Source of the DNA: Epithemia pelagica
Taxonomy: Eukaryota > Protista > Bacillariophyta
Length of the DNA: 64,000 bases
NCBI GenBank assembly: GCA_946965045.2
Contig: OX337233.1
Coordinates: 2,914,001 to 2,978,000 of the forward strand
Reading direction: 5' to 3'
A program made the translations under genes and the position numbers. Below are positions 39,072 to 50,000 of this stretch, piece after piece. Within the stretch, counting starts at the first letter, position 1. Each line of letters opens with the position of its first letter. The notes beneath the pieces were generated by a model. It was not told the origin of the DNA, ran no database searches, and saw nothing but the letters and a program-made list of their open reading frames with translations.

Positions 39072-42000
39072 ATGTCCGAGTACACGCCATTCAAGCCTAC
39101 TCCACCCCGAATGGGTGGTCTCGTGCAAGTCAAGCACGACCTGTTTACCGCCTGGACCGGCGGAAAACCCGATGCAACATGGACCAAGCTCGTCAACGGT
39201 GACACGAGCGATCCCACCAAGGGATATGAACAAACTTCCCAGCAGCGTCCATCTTATGAAGATAAAGGCTTCACGACTCGCTGCACTGGGTTTGAGACCA
39301 AGTTTTCCAAGTCCGACAGCTTGCATCTCTTTTCCCGTAACTTGTTGGATCGTTTCGTGACCCACGGCATGGACACGATCACGTATCTCCAAGACCCAGG
39401 TGATGACACTTCCATGGTGTGCATTCTCACCCATCACACCCGTTTCACTGTTGACGCCGCCAAGACATTGGGTCCCAAGCAAGCCGCATCTTACGACCAG
39501 TACGACAAGTCGAATGACCGCGCCGCCCGTCTCGCACTCCTGGACAGTTTGGATGCCCCTCTCCGTCAAGAACTCGAAGAGCGCATGCCCGATGAGCCTC
39601 TCTTTCCCATCTTGTGGATGATGCTCATCCAGATCATCCAGAGCGATTCCATGGGGAAGTTCGCTCGACTCGAGGCCGAACTCAAGACCTTGACCCCGCA
39701 GCAGTTTTCTGGTCAGAACATTGCGGAGATGGCCCTGGCCATTACCACTCGCGCCTCGGCTCTGCACACCGCTGGATTGTTCAACCACCAGTTGAACTCT
39801 CTCATCCTCAAGTCGTTTCTTGCTGCCGATGGCAACGATGCCTACAAGTTTGAGTTGATGAAACTCCAGTCGGAGTTGACCGCCGCGTTGAAAGAAGAGC
39901 GTTTTATGTCCGACAAAACTGCAGCCGGCGTCTTCCTTGCCTCCAAACGCCTCGATTTCCGCTCCATTTGTCAGTTGGCTGAAGACAAATACCGTGAGGC
40001 CATTGCAGATGGTGTTTGGCCCCCGTCCCGCCACAACAAAGACTCGAAGGCTCCGCCCGCTGGCTACTATTCGTCGGCCCAACTCAACGCTCTGGTTCAA
40101 ACCTTCTCCCAGGACTCTGGTGGCAAGAAGTCCAAGCCGCCCGGTGTGTGCTACAAGTGTGGCAAACCCGGCCACTGGGCTCGTGATTGCCCCACCAACC
40201 GTGGTCGTTCTGACGGACACGGTGGTTCCCGTCGTCCCTTCCGTCGCCGTTCTCCGTCTCGTCGTCCCTCTGGTAATGGCCGTGGTGGTCGCTATGGTGG
40301 TCGTGGTGGTGGAGGGAGAGGATCTGGCCCTTCCAACCGCAACCGTCGCGAATTGGCCCCTTGGCGTTTGGTTCCTCCTCCTTCCGGCTCTTCTGACACC
40401 AAGGACTACAACGGTCGCACATTCTACTGGTGCGCCAAGTGCTCTCCACCCTGTTGGAACACCACGCACTCCACCAGCTCCCACCGTGGTTCCACCAATG
40501 GCTCCGCTCCATCTCCTCCCACCAACCATCAAGCCAACAACCTGATGACTGATCCGTCGGTCTGGATGGTTGATTGTGATATGGAAGCATGGGAAGGTTG
40601 GACATCGGTGACCAATGGATCGACCCGTCGTCCTCCTCCTTCCACCACTCCAGTTCCAGTCAGCAACTCCTTTGCCATGCTACACTTTTCGGTGGAAGAT
40701 GGTCCGGCACCGTCAACCGATGACGACCGCAAGCCACCCGCAAAGAAGAAACCGCCTGTCTCCGTCGTCACTGTCCACCATGATGATGACGACACGCCTC
40801 CTTCTTCCGGTTCAGTCGCACAGTTTGATCACCATGCCTTGCGAATGGCCGTCACTCCGTTCACCGTCGACACCACCAAGGACGATAGTCTTCTCGAATC
40901 CGCTTCTCAACCCGACAAGAAGCGCCGCCGTCCGTTGCCTCCCAGTCCCTTCGCCTTCCGTTCTACCAAGAAAAACAAGAGCAATACCTTCTCGCCCAAG
41001 AAGTCTCCAAAGTCGAAATCCAAATTCACCAAGCATCACTTTGTGAGTGGCAAACAGAAGAATCACCCAGTTACGAAGCGTCCACCCGCCGTTGTCACTC
41101 CTGACGACAAAGATCCCCCACCTGTGATTGTGACACCTTCCCCAAAGAAATCTTTTGCGCAATCTTTCTCAACTGCTCGTTTCTCCGCGCTGCCCCAAGT
41201 CAATGTCGCATCGCCACGTCATACAGGCCCAACCAGAGTCCCTCGTGTCTCACGTCGTTCTCGCGCCTCTCGTGGTCGCACATCGCGTGGCTACTCTTCG
41301 TGTCACAGTTCTGTCGACCCGTCGACACCTTCACGATCTTTTCTTTCAATGAGTATTGATATCTTCTTGTGGACACTTCTCTCCCTTTGGCTGTTTCCTT
41401 CAACGATGATGAGTTTCCTTATGGTGGTCCCTTGTTTTGTCTCTTGGCTTATTTGCGGTTTGATTGTTGGTGTTCTATGTCCCAAGTTGGAGAACGTTGC
41501 GTCGTCCTTTGGCAACTCGCGCTTGGATCGAAATGTCCGCTCCTTCGCCGCCTACCATCCGTCGCGTCGTCCCGCCCACTATTTTCATCGCCGCTCTCCA
41601 AGTGGTCGCCCATCTCCTCGGTCCTTACCCCTTCGACTTCGTGCCGACCGCTGCCGTCTCGCTCTCCAAGCTCCAGCTGTGCTTCCCCATTTGGCTACTC
41701 CCATTTCCGATGTGTTGACTGATGGTTTCTTCATGTTCTTCTCTCGTCGTTGGATTGTTTGGTGTCTCCGCCTTGTCACTTCGTCGCTCTTCTCTCTTCT
41801 CTGCCGACTCACGTCCGTCGCCAATGCCGTGATCGAGGGAGACACAACCCATCCGTCTCGCACCGACACAACCCATCCGTCTCGCACCACTCGATTTGGA
41901 TCACGACATCGGCACCGTCGTTCTCGTCGTCGTCGATGTCCCACTCATCGCCGTCCTTCGACCATCCGTCGATCCCGTCGCCGATCTAACCCAAACAATA

Positions 42001-45000
42001 ACAGACAACGCCAAACCAACCCAAACAATACAAATGACACAGTGCCCCATTGGCCAAACAACGTTCACCGGTTCGACTTTGACTTACAACCACCCAACGA
42101 CACCTCAACCTTTTGTCAACCATGTCAAACGACCAAGAACGTCACGACCAAGAACGTCAAACCACTTTTTGGTTCACCCTTGCGTCCCGCACAATGCCAA
42201 ACCATCCGTGCATGCACTCTGGACATGTCTCAAGAAGCCGTGAGTCTCCTCAAAGCAAGTCTTCAAGCTCCCTTGAAACTGCAATCCGAACTGCCAGACG
42301 ATGGATGTTACCCCATTGTGTGGGATTCTGGCGCAAGCGTCTCCATGAGCTTCTGTGAGAAGGATTTCAATGGGGATTTGGACACTTCCATCCATACAAC
42401 GCAACATTTGCGTGTCAACGGTATCTCCACTGGAGTCGAAGTGGCTGGACGTGGCACAGTGGTATGGCATGTATTGGATACGACTGGAATGTTGCGCACG
42501 ATCAAGGTTCCTGCTCTTTACATTCCGGACGCCAACATTCGCCTTCTCAGCACGTCAAGCTTGTTGCAAGTCTACCCGGACGAAACTATTGCTATTCATC
42601 CAAATGGGTTGACTCTCAGTGGTGCCGACGGAGACCATACAAGACGATCCATCGAAGTTCTCCTGAATCCACAAAACAATTTACCTACTTCACTTGGATT
42701 CGACGTGGAAGGACTCAAAACTGCCACAACTACTCTGGCTAACACAATCTCAACCGTCCACAACAACAACATCAACATGTCACCCCCACAGAAAGAGTTC
42801 GCCAAGTGGCACAACCGTCTCGGCCATCCTGGTTTCAAGCGAGTTCAATTCTTGATGCACACTGGCGTCTTGGCAACCTCCGAAAGTCAACGCAAATTGC
42901 ATGTGGCTGCATGTAAACTTGTCAATCCACCCATGTGTGCTGCCTGCCAATTTGGCAAGCAACGGCAACGTTCGGCTCCTGGACGAACCACCAAAGTGCA
43001 ATCGGCACGTGATGGAGTTTTGAAGAAGGACGTCCTCCATCCAGGACAATCTATTGCAGTTGACCATTTTATCTGCAGCACCAAAGGCCGTCTATTCTCC
43101 TCCAAAGGAAAGAGCAAGGACTCCAAAATGTTTGCTGGAGGGGCAATCTTCGTTGACATTGCCAGTGGCCGAGTAGATTGTGTGTTCCAAAGCCATCTGA
43201 GTTCCCACGAAACTCTCAAGGCGAAAGAAGAGTTTGAGTTGCGATGCCGTGATTGTGGAGTGGTTCCTCAACAGTATGTGTCCGACAATGGGTCAGCCTT
43301 TACATCGAAAGGATACACTGCCCATTTGCAACAGTTCCACCAAATTCAACGCTTCGCTGGAGTTGGTGCCCACCACCACAACGGCATTGCTGAACGAAGT
43401 ATTCAAACCATCATGAGCATTGCTCGTACGATGATGCTTCACTCAGCAACTCACTGGCCGGACATGGCGGATTCTAGTTTGTGGCCTATGGCGGTACAAC
43501 ATGCGGTGTATCTATACAACAATATCCCTAACCCCACAACTGGACTGAGTCCTAATGACATTTTTACCCGCACCCGCTTCGAACACAACAAATTCCATGA
43601 TCTCCACGTCTGGGGATGTCCAGTATACGTTTTGGACAAGCGGATTTCTGATGGAGGTAAGCTCCCACGATGGAAACCTCGTTCTCATCGTTGCATGTTC
43701 ATGGGACTGAGCCCGAATCATGCGAGCTCCGTTCCGCTTGTCCTCAATCCGGAGACTGGCGCTATCACGCCACAGTTTCATGTCGTCTTCGACGACTGGT
43801 TCGAAACCATCAGCGTGGACCCAACAACCTTGCCCGACTTCTCCACTCCAGAATGGACTCAACTGTTCGGCGACTCTCTTGACCATTTTCACCATACCAA
43901 CGATGAAGATCCACACGACAACTCCGCTCCCAACATCACTGACACAACAACTGCTCTGGACACACTCAACTCCCAGCAACGTGTTTTTGATTCCATGGCA
44001 ACTCATCGTCCTCCCATGCCATTGCCCGTGCCTCCACCCATTTTTCCTTCGTCTGAGGGAGCCCCTCCTTCGTCTGAGGGCGCCATCCCTTTGTCTGAGG
44101 GAGCAACTGTCGTGCCCCAAGCAGCCACCACTCCGTCCCCTCCCACCCCTCCGTCTCCTCCTTCTCCTCCCGCTGTCTCCCCTTCGGTTGTTTCGCCCCG
44201 TGTCGAGGTTTCTGGCCCTTCTGTCTCTGGTCCATCGCCTCGTCAGAGGGAGAATTCTACCAAACCACTCAAACAACCTGCTCCGTCGAGTTCACCCAAA
44301 CAATCACAGCCTTCCCTCTCTGCCTCTTCTTCTCCTCTTCGTCGCTCCACTCGTACTCGTCGTGCCCCACTTCGACTCATCTCCTCCATGGATGCCAGTC
44401 ACACGACATACGACTCCAACTGTATGAGCTACCATCTTTATCATACAATGCTGCAACAGTCCAACCTTTGTGACTTGGCCATTTGCAAAGCCGCTGCATC
44501 GGATCCTGATACGTTGAGCTTTGACCAAATTCTCTTGGAGCCTAACCTCGACCAATGGAAGGCTGCTGCCCAACGAGAGATTGAAGCATTGGAAGCAAAA
44601 GGCACATGGGAAGAGGTCCCAGTCGAAGATGCAACAACAAGGATCCTTCCTGGCACATGGGTGTTCAAACGGAAGAGATCACCAACAGGAGAAATCAAGA
44701 AATACAAGGGCAGGTACTGTGTGCGCGGAGATCTCCAAGAAGGAGAATTTGAGACGTTCGCACCCGTCGTCTCTTGGAGTACCATTCGACTGGTCCTTAT
44801 CTTCGCCATGATTCAAGACTGGATCATTATTTGTGTCGACTTCTCGAATGCATTTGTGCAAGCGACACTCAAGGAGCCAATTTGGATCCATCTTCCAAGA
44901 GGCTATCAATCCCAACGACCAACGCGAACCTGCCTTCGTCTCAAGAAGAGTTTGTATGGATTGGCCATAGCCCCAAGGTTGTGGTATGAACATTTGCGTG

Positions 45001-46076
45001 ATGCTTTATTGGAGGACGGATTCAAACAGAGTGACCACGACATCTGTCTCTTTCTCAAGCCAGATATGATTGTGTTCCTCTATGTCGATGATTGTGGTGT
45101 TGCTTCTCTGACCCAACAAGCCATCGACGAGTTCGTGAACAGACTCAACAAAAAGGGATTCGAATTGACGCAGGATGGAGACTTTGCCGAGTACCTTGGT
45201 ATCAAGTTTGTGGTTGACAAGTCATCCAACACCATCACAATGACTCAACCAGGCTTGATCAACAAGATCATCAAAGCCACTGGACTTGAAAACTGCAACG
45301 CCAACAAAACACCAGCCTCCACTGCAGCCCTTGGTTCTGACCCTGACGGGCTCCCAATGAAAGAGTCCTGGTCCTACTCGTCGGTTGTTGGGATGCTCCT
45401 TTATCTCTCAACCAACACGAGACCTGACATCACCTACGCCGTGAGCCAAGTCGCTCGCTTCGGCGCTAACCCCAAACAATCACATGCCTCTGCAGTAAAG
45501 ATGATTGTCAGGTATCTCTCCGGCACCGTGAACCAAGGTACCATCTTTACCCCCAACACCAACTACAAGATCGACTGTTACGTCGATGCCGACTTCGCCG
45601 GCCTCCATGGCCGCGAACAACAAGACAATCCGGCAAGCACCAAGTCTCGCACCGGGTACATCTTGTTCTTCTGTGGGAGTCCTCTCTTGTGGAAGTCTCA
45701 GCTTCAGTCTGAAACTGCTCTCTCCACCTTTCATGCGGAGTACGTTGCCTTATCCGCCGCAATGAGACAGTTGATTGTTGTGCAACGAGTTTTACAAGAC
45801 ATGGTCGACTGCTTGAAGTTTGAAACTGAGACACCCAAGATCCATGCCGAAGTATTTGAAGACAATAACTCCGCGTTCCTCCCAGCAAACAACCAACGAT
45901 TGACTGAACGATCCAAGTGGTTGAATTGCAAACTCCACTTCTTTTGGGAGTACATCAACAATGGCACAGCAACTGTTTCCAAGATCAGCACCCACGAACA
46001 GCGAGCCGATTATCTCACGAAAGGACTTGTGTTGGAAAAGTTCACCGCCAATCGTTTGCAAAATCAAGGATGGTAA
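39072..46076 (+). CDS. Copia Gag-Pol polyprotein (2334 aa)
   Basis: Zinc knuckle CYKCGKPGHWARDC; protease WDSGAS; pre-integrase WHNRLGHP..C.AC; integrase VDHF/SDNG/IAER; RT YVDD; RNase H YVDADFAG and FEDNN. Confidence 0.97.
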   Translation: MSEYTPFKPTPPRMGGLVQVKHDLFTAWTGGKPDATWTKLVNGDTSDPTKGYEQTSQQRPSYEDKGFTTRCTGFETKFSKSDSLHLFSRNLLDRFVTHGMDTITYLQDPGDDTSMVCILTHHTRFTVDAAKTLGPKQAASYDQYDKSNDRAARLALLDSLDAPLRQELEERMPDEPLFPILWMMLIQIIQSDSMGKFARLEAELKTLTPQQFSGQNIAEMALAITTRASALHTAGLFNHQLNSLILKSFLAADGNDAYKFELMKLQSELTAALKEERFMSDKTAAGVFLASKRLDFRSICQLAEDKYREAIADGVWPPSRHNKDSKAPPAGYYSSAQLNALVQTFSQDSGGKKSKPPGVCYKCGKPGHWARDCPTNRGRSDGHGGSRRPFRRRSPSRRPSGNGRGGRYGGRGGGGRGSGPSNRNRRELAPWRLVPPPSGSSDTKDYNGRTFYWCAKCSPPCWNTTHSTSSHRGSTNGSAPSPPTNHQANNLMTDPSVWMVDCDMEAWEGWTSVTNGSTRRPPPSTTPVPVSNSFAMLHFSVEDGPAPSTDDDRKPPAKKKPPVSVVTVHHDDDDTPPSSGSVAQFDHHALRMAVTPFTVDTTKDDSLLESASQPDKKRRRPLPPSPFAFRSTKKNKSNTFSPKKSPKSKSKFTKHHFVSGKQKNHPVTKRPPAVVTPDDKDPPPVIVTPSPKKSFAQSFSTARFSALPQVNVASPRHTGPTRVPRVSRRSRASRGRTSRGYSSCHSSVDPSTPSRSFLSMSIDIFLWTLLSLWLFPSTMMSFLMVVPCFVSWLICGLIVGVLCPKLENVASSFGNSRLDRNVRSFAAYHPSRRPAHYFHRRSPSGRPSPRSLPLRLRADRCRLALQAPAVLPHLATPISDVLTDGFFMFFSRRWIVWCLRLVTSSLFSLLCRLTSVANAVIEGDTTHPSRTDTTHPSRTTRFGSRHRHRRSRRRRCPTHRRPSTIRRSRRRSNPNNNRQRQTNPNNTNDTVPHWPNNVHRFDFDLQPPNDTSTFCQPCQTTKNVTTKNVKPLFGSPLRPAQCQTIRACTLDMSQEAVSLLKASLQAPLKLQSELPDDGCYPIVWDSGASVSMSFCEKDFNGDLDTSIHTTQHLRVNGISTGVEVAGRGTVVWHVLDTTGMLRTIKVPALYIPDANIRLLSTSSLLQVYPDETIAIHPNGLTLSGADGDHTRRSIEVLLNPQNNLPTSLGFDVEGLKTATTTLANTISTVHNNNINMSPPQKEFAKWHNRLGHPGFKRVQFLMHTGVLATSESQRKLHVAACKLVNPPMCAACQFGKQRQRSAPGRTTKVQSARDGVLKKDVLHPGQSIAVDHFICSTKGRLFSSKGKSKDSKMFAGGAIFVDIASGRVDCVFQSHLSSHETLKAKEEFELRCRDCGVVPQQYVSDNGSAFTSKGYTAHLQQFHQIQRFAGVGAHHHNGIAERSIQTIMSIARTMMLHSATHWPDMADSSLWPMAVQHAVYLYNNIPNPTTGLSPNDIFTRTRFEHNKFHDLHVWGCPVYVLDKRISDGGKLPRWKPRSHRCMFMGLSPNHASSVPLVLNPETGAITPQFHVVFDDWFETISVDPTTLPDFSTPEWTQLFGDSLDHFHHTNDEDPHDNSAPNITDTTTALDTLNSQQRVFDSMATHRPPMPLPVPPPIFPSSEGAPPSSEGAIPLSEGATVVPQAATTPSPPTPPSPPSPPAVSPSVVSPRVEVSGPSVSGPSPRQRENSTKPLKQPAPSSSPKQSQPSLSASSSPLRRSTRTRRAPLRLISSMDASHTTYDSNCMSYHLYHTMLQQSNLCDLAICKAAASDPDTLSFDQILLEPNLDQWKAAAQREIEALEAKGTWEEVPVEDATTRILPGTWVFKRKRSPTGEIKKYKGRYCVRGDLQEGEFETFAPVVSWSTIRLVLIFAMIQDWIIICVDFSNAFVQATLKEPIWIHLPRGYQSQRPTRTCLRLKKSLYGLAIAPRLWYEHLRDALLEDGFKQSDHDICLFLKPDMIVFLYVDDCGVASLTQQAIDEFVNRLNKKGFELTQDGDFAEYLGIKFVVDKSSNTITMTQPGLINKIIKATGLENCNANKTPASTAALGSDPDGLPMKESWSYSSVVGMLLYLSTNTRPDITYAVSQVARFGANPKQSHASAVKMIVRYLSGTVNQGTIFTPNTNYKIDCYVDADFAGLHGREQQDNPASTKSRTGYILFFCGSPLLWKSQLQSETALSTFHAEYVALSAAMRQLIVVQRVLQDMVDCLKFETETPKIHAEVFEDNNSAFLPANNQRLTERSKWLNCKLHFFWEYINNGTATVSKISTHEQRADYLTKGLVLEKFTANRLQNQGW

Positions 46077-46087
46077 TGCCACATTGT

Positions 46088-46096
46088 GAGAGGGAG
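46088..46096 (+). other. Polypurine tract GAGAGGGAG
   Basis: Purine run directly abutting the 3' LTR, 11 nt after the pol stop codon. Confidence 0.85.
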
Positions 46097-46484
46097 AGTT
46101 AAGGAATCTTGTGAATCTAACCAGTCACAATGTACATGTGTAACACATAATGTGGAACACATTATGTGGGTTGAACGTTCAGTCACAAGCACATTATGTG
46201 GTAGCAAATTTGGCAGTCGGTTAGACTATGTGCTACTCATGTGCTTGTCGTGTGATTCTCATGTGCTACATGTACTAACCATGTGTGTGAATTTCCAAAT
46301 TGGAAATTCACAAGATCATGTCGACAGATCAATTTAGTTTAATGCTCACAATCTTAGAAATTGTCCTATTGAGTTACAACTGATCTAGATCCGTCCTACT
46401 GGCTTGCCCTCAAGAGCTTGATCACCTCGAGAGTCCAAGCTAGTCCTACTGTAAGTGATACCGCTGTCTAAGTATTCCTTCGCT
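46097..46484 (+). repeat. 3' LTR (388 bp)
   Basis: Direct repeat of 38206-38593, followed by TSD GCTGT. Confidence 0.95.
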
Positions 46485-46540
46485 GCTGTGTCGTACGAGA
46501 AAAAAATCGTAATGAACAAGCTAAGCGAGAGGAAACCAAT

Positions 46541-46624
46541 CGCCGTTTTGTGGGACGGAAACAACCGCGATATGTGCAAATTCGCCCTTTTGTGGAACGG
46601 AAACGACCGCGATATGTGCACATT
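46541..46624 (+). repeat. 42-bp imperfect tandem duplication
   Basis: Copies start at 46541 and 46583. Confidence 0.8.
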
Positions 46625-47067
46625 CCACATTCCAAACGTTGGTTGTTACTCCTACTGCCTTTGCTGCATTTATGCATTGAATAGCGAACGGATTGACAGA
46701 AGATTACTTGGTTCCGTTTGGATTTTGGATTGATGGATGTTCTCGGTGGGACACACTTGTTTCTCGCTCGAATGGAGGGCCCTTGCAAAGACTTCCGTGA
46801 ACCAAATCTGTTTGCGCCTTTCACTTATATGTTTTTCCTTTATCAGCTGTGGCATGGGTAGATGTTGGGCTCTCACTTTTTAAATACTCTTAGGAGTAGT
46901 GCGTACTCCTAGTGCGTGACTCTTTTGTGCTTTAGAGATGTAGCCCCTTTATTATATAGCGCTAGCTATAAATGGCCATCATTTTATGCGCGACCGATTG
47001 AGCTTTGCTTCTCGCCACAATCGTCCTATTAGACGTGGCATGGACCAAAGGAGAACGGAGATTAACC

Positions 47068-50000
47068 ATGGCACCACCTCGTGAAGAAGGATCCGTAGGT
47101 GTGGAGGCATCGTCGATGAACGAAGAGAAGAAAGAGTCCATCGTTCACCCCACAGCGTTTGCTGCTTCACCTCAGTCGACAAACTCCACCACGACAGAAG
47201 GTCCTGATTTGAATAGCAGTCGTACACCATTGGATCATAAGTTATACCGTCAAATTTTGCTCCCGAATGGTCTTTGGTGTATTTTGGTACAAGATACACT
47301 TGCCATGCATCAACAACACGCTGAAGGATGTGGACCACCACCTTTGCCTCATGATCTGATGGAGGAAGACGACGAATACGATGACGAGGAAGAGGAGGAC
47401 GAAGAAGCCGAGGAGAACAAGGAAGAAGGCAGTAATGGAAAAGAAGAAGACGACGATGACGGAGGAATTCGTGACGCAGCCGCTGCCTTGCTGGTGGGTG
47501 TAGGATCTTCGTATGATCCACCCGAATGCCAAGGAATGGCGCATTTTTTGGAGCATTTGTTGTTTCTGGGATCGGAAAAGTATCCCAGTGACAATGAATT
47601 TTCGGCCTTTGTTTCGAAACATGGTGGATCCGACAATGCCTGGACATCGGATGAAGATACTGTCTATCATCTGAGTATTCCACAAGAGTACTTGTGGCCA
47701 GCCCTGGATCGATTGGTCCAACACTTTATTACTCCACTCTTGTCGGAGTCCTGCGTCGATCGTGAATTGAACGCTATTGAATCAGAATTTCAACTTACCA
47801 AACCATCCGATGAAAGTCGAAGACTTCAATTGCAAGCGGCTACAGCGAAACCGAATCATGTCTTTGGAAATTTTGGATGGGGGAATTTGAAAAGTTTGAG
47901 AGATGTACCGGAACGTTTGCTGGGGATCAATCCATTGAAAGAGCTGCGACATTTCTTTGATCGCTACTATTATGCCTCAAACATGAGGTTAGTGGTCATG
48001 GGAGCGTATTCTTTGGATCATTTGCAGAGGCATGTGCAAGAGCTATTTCAAGAGATTCCTGCCTTGCCCCGCTTGGAGAATCCACGCTTTGGTTTACCAG
48101 TTGATCCCCGCTCAATCAACTCTTGGGAAACATTGAATGTTGAATATCAGAGCCCCTTGAAATCACAAGGCATGCCGTGGGATGAACAATCATCTCTTGG
48201 TAAGCTCTTTCGGATTGTACCAACCAAAGATCGGCACCGTCTGGTCCTCTCTTGGCCCATTCCTTCGCAGATTCACAAATGGAGAGGCAAGCCGTACGAC
48301 TTTCTTTCACATTTGCTGGGCTACGAAGGCGTTGGCTCGCTACTCAGCTTGTATCGATCCAAAAGCTGGGCATCCGGTTGCGAGGCAGGGATGGGTGATG
48401 AAGAACAAGCCAGTCACTCGTGGATCTTCTCGTTTGCAGTTAATTTAACCGTGGAAGGACTGTTGGAGTGGAAACAAGTTGTACAGGCTGTGTACGAATA
48501 TATCGGAATGCTACGTCAATACAGCAATGGCAGTTGGCCCGAGTGGATATATCAAGAACTCCAACAAATGGAGGAGGTGTCTCATTTGTATGGTGACGAA
48601 GAAACACCCGAGGACTTTGTCAGCACGTTGGTCGAAAGCATGTCGCCACATTTGCGTTTGCCACCAGAACGCGTCTTGGATGGCATGGAACTCTTATTTG
48701 AATTTGATTCGAGTGGTGTTCGTGAGCTTCTGGAAGAATATCTTGTGCCGTCGAATATGCGCATTGACTTGATCTCGTCTACCTTTGGAAACTATAGCGT
48801 CATGGAACATGTTGTCACGGCTGCCGCCGCCCAAAATGTAGATTCGACCCATTTCAAGATCCAGGAGTTGGTCGTACACAATGAAAGAGAGCAACTAGGA
48901 CAAGCTGGAGCAAGTGACGAACTTGCCAAGTTCAACCCATCATTGTGGACTCCGCAGGTGGAACCCAATTTTGAAACCATATTCTGGTGCTCTGAAATAC
49001 CTTCAGATTGGATCGAAGCATGGTCGACCATTGTGACGCGGACAACGGCCTCCTCGTTGAGCCTTCATTTGCCAACTCCTAATCCCTTTGTCCCAACACG
49101 GCTAGATATCAAAGAGCACCCTTCGGGTGAGTCACATCATGCTCTCTTGAGTGCCACAATCAAGGTGTGCTCTAGCTCTGGAGGGAAAGGCAAAAAGAAG
49201 GCCATGAAACAATGGTTTCCAGCCACAGTCACTCAGTATGATAGCAAAAGAAATCGTATCAAAGTCTGTTACGAAGACGAGGAAGAACAATGGCATACGA
49301 TGGATGTTCCTGGGAAGGATCTGACCAAAAGTGTCTTGACTCCAGACTATGAAGGGTCACTGGATGGGAAGCAAAACAAGTTTCGTATTGTTTCGCTAGC
49401 AGTTGCAGGAGTAATTCGACGCTTTGGAGATGAAAGTGACGGTGTCACTGGTAGCAGTGGTGATTTGGATGGCTTCAGTTCCTTTCCACCCATACCTCCG
49501 GCGCTTCCGTCTCATCGTTTACCCAAGGAACTCTGCAGTTCCAATGTATTGCGTATGTGGCATTTACAGGACCGCAATTTCCACCGTCCAGTGGCGGAAG
49601 TTCGTCTCCAGGTCGTGTGTGCGGTTGCCAACGAAACCCCCTTGCACCGCGCATGTGCGGAGTTGTGTGTCGACCTACTGTGGGATTCTTGTTTGGAAAC
49701 GGTGATCTATCTAGCTGGCTGTGCTCAGCTGTCGAGTACCGTTGAAGCTACTTGCAGCGGTTTTGGGTTTCGCTTTCATGGTTTTGACGACAAGCTTATG
49801 GATTTGTTCAAGCAAATCTTTCAACGGTTTCTTTCTTTTCGAAACAAGGACGATGGTAGCCTTCCCGACGGTATTGCTCCTCGTCGATTTGAGGCTTGTC
49901 TCGAAGTTCTACGCCGCAAGTACAAGAATAGTGGAACATATGCATCTTCTTTTTCCACGACACTCCGCCTCGAAGCGATCCGACGACGCCAGTGGTCGTC

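Larger units (their letters stand above)
38206..46484 (+). mobile_element. Ty1/copia LTR retrotransposon (diatom CoDi-like), 8279 bp, apparently intact
   Basis: Two 388-bp LTRs with 1 mismatch (G38232/A46123). TSD GCTGT at 38201-38205 and 46485-46489. PBS and PPT present. Single gag-pol ORF in copia order PR-IN-RT-RH. Confidence 0.97.

Noticed and set aside
38907-40532. 541-aa antisense ORF opposite copia gag
   Set aside because: It mirrors a C-rich, codon-biased sense ORF, has Gly/Val/Arg shadow composition and shows no motifs. Best explained as a shadow ORF.
46076-46097. env-like ORF 3' of copia pol
   Set aside because: Only 20 bp separate the pol stop from the 3' LTR, leaving no room for one.
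46481-46490. Alternative LTR boundary giving TG or CA ends
   Set aside because: Extending the LTR to ..CGCTG leaves only a 4-bp TSD and non-complementary AG..TG ends. No placement yields TG..CA.
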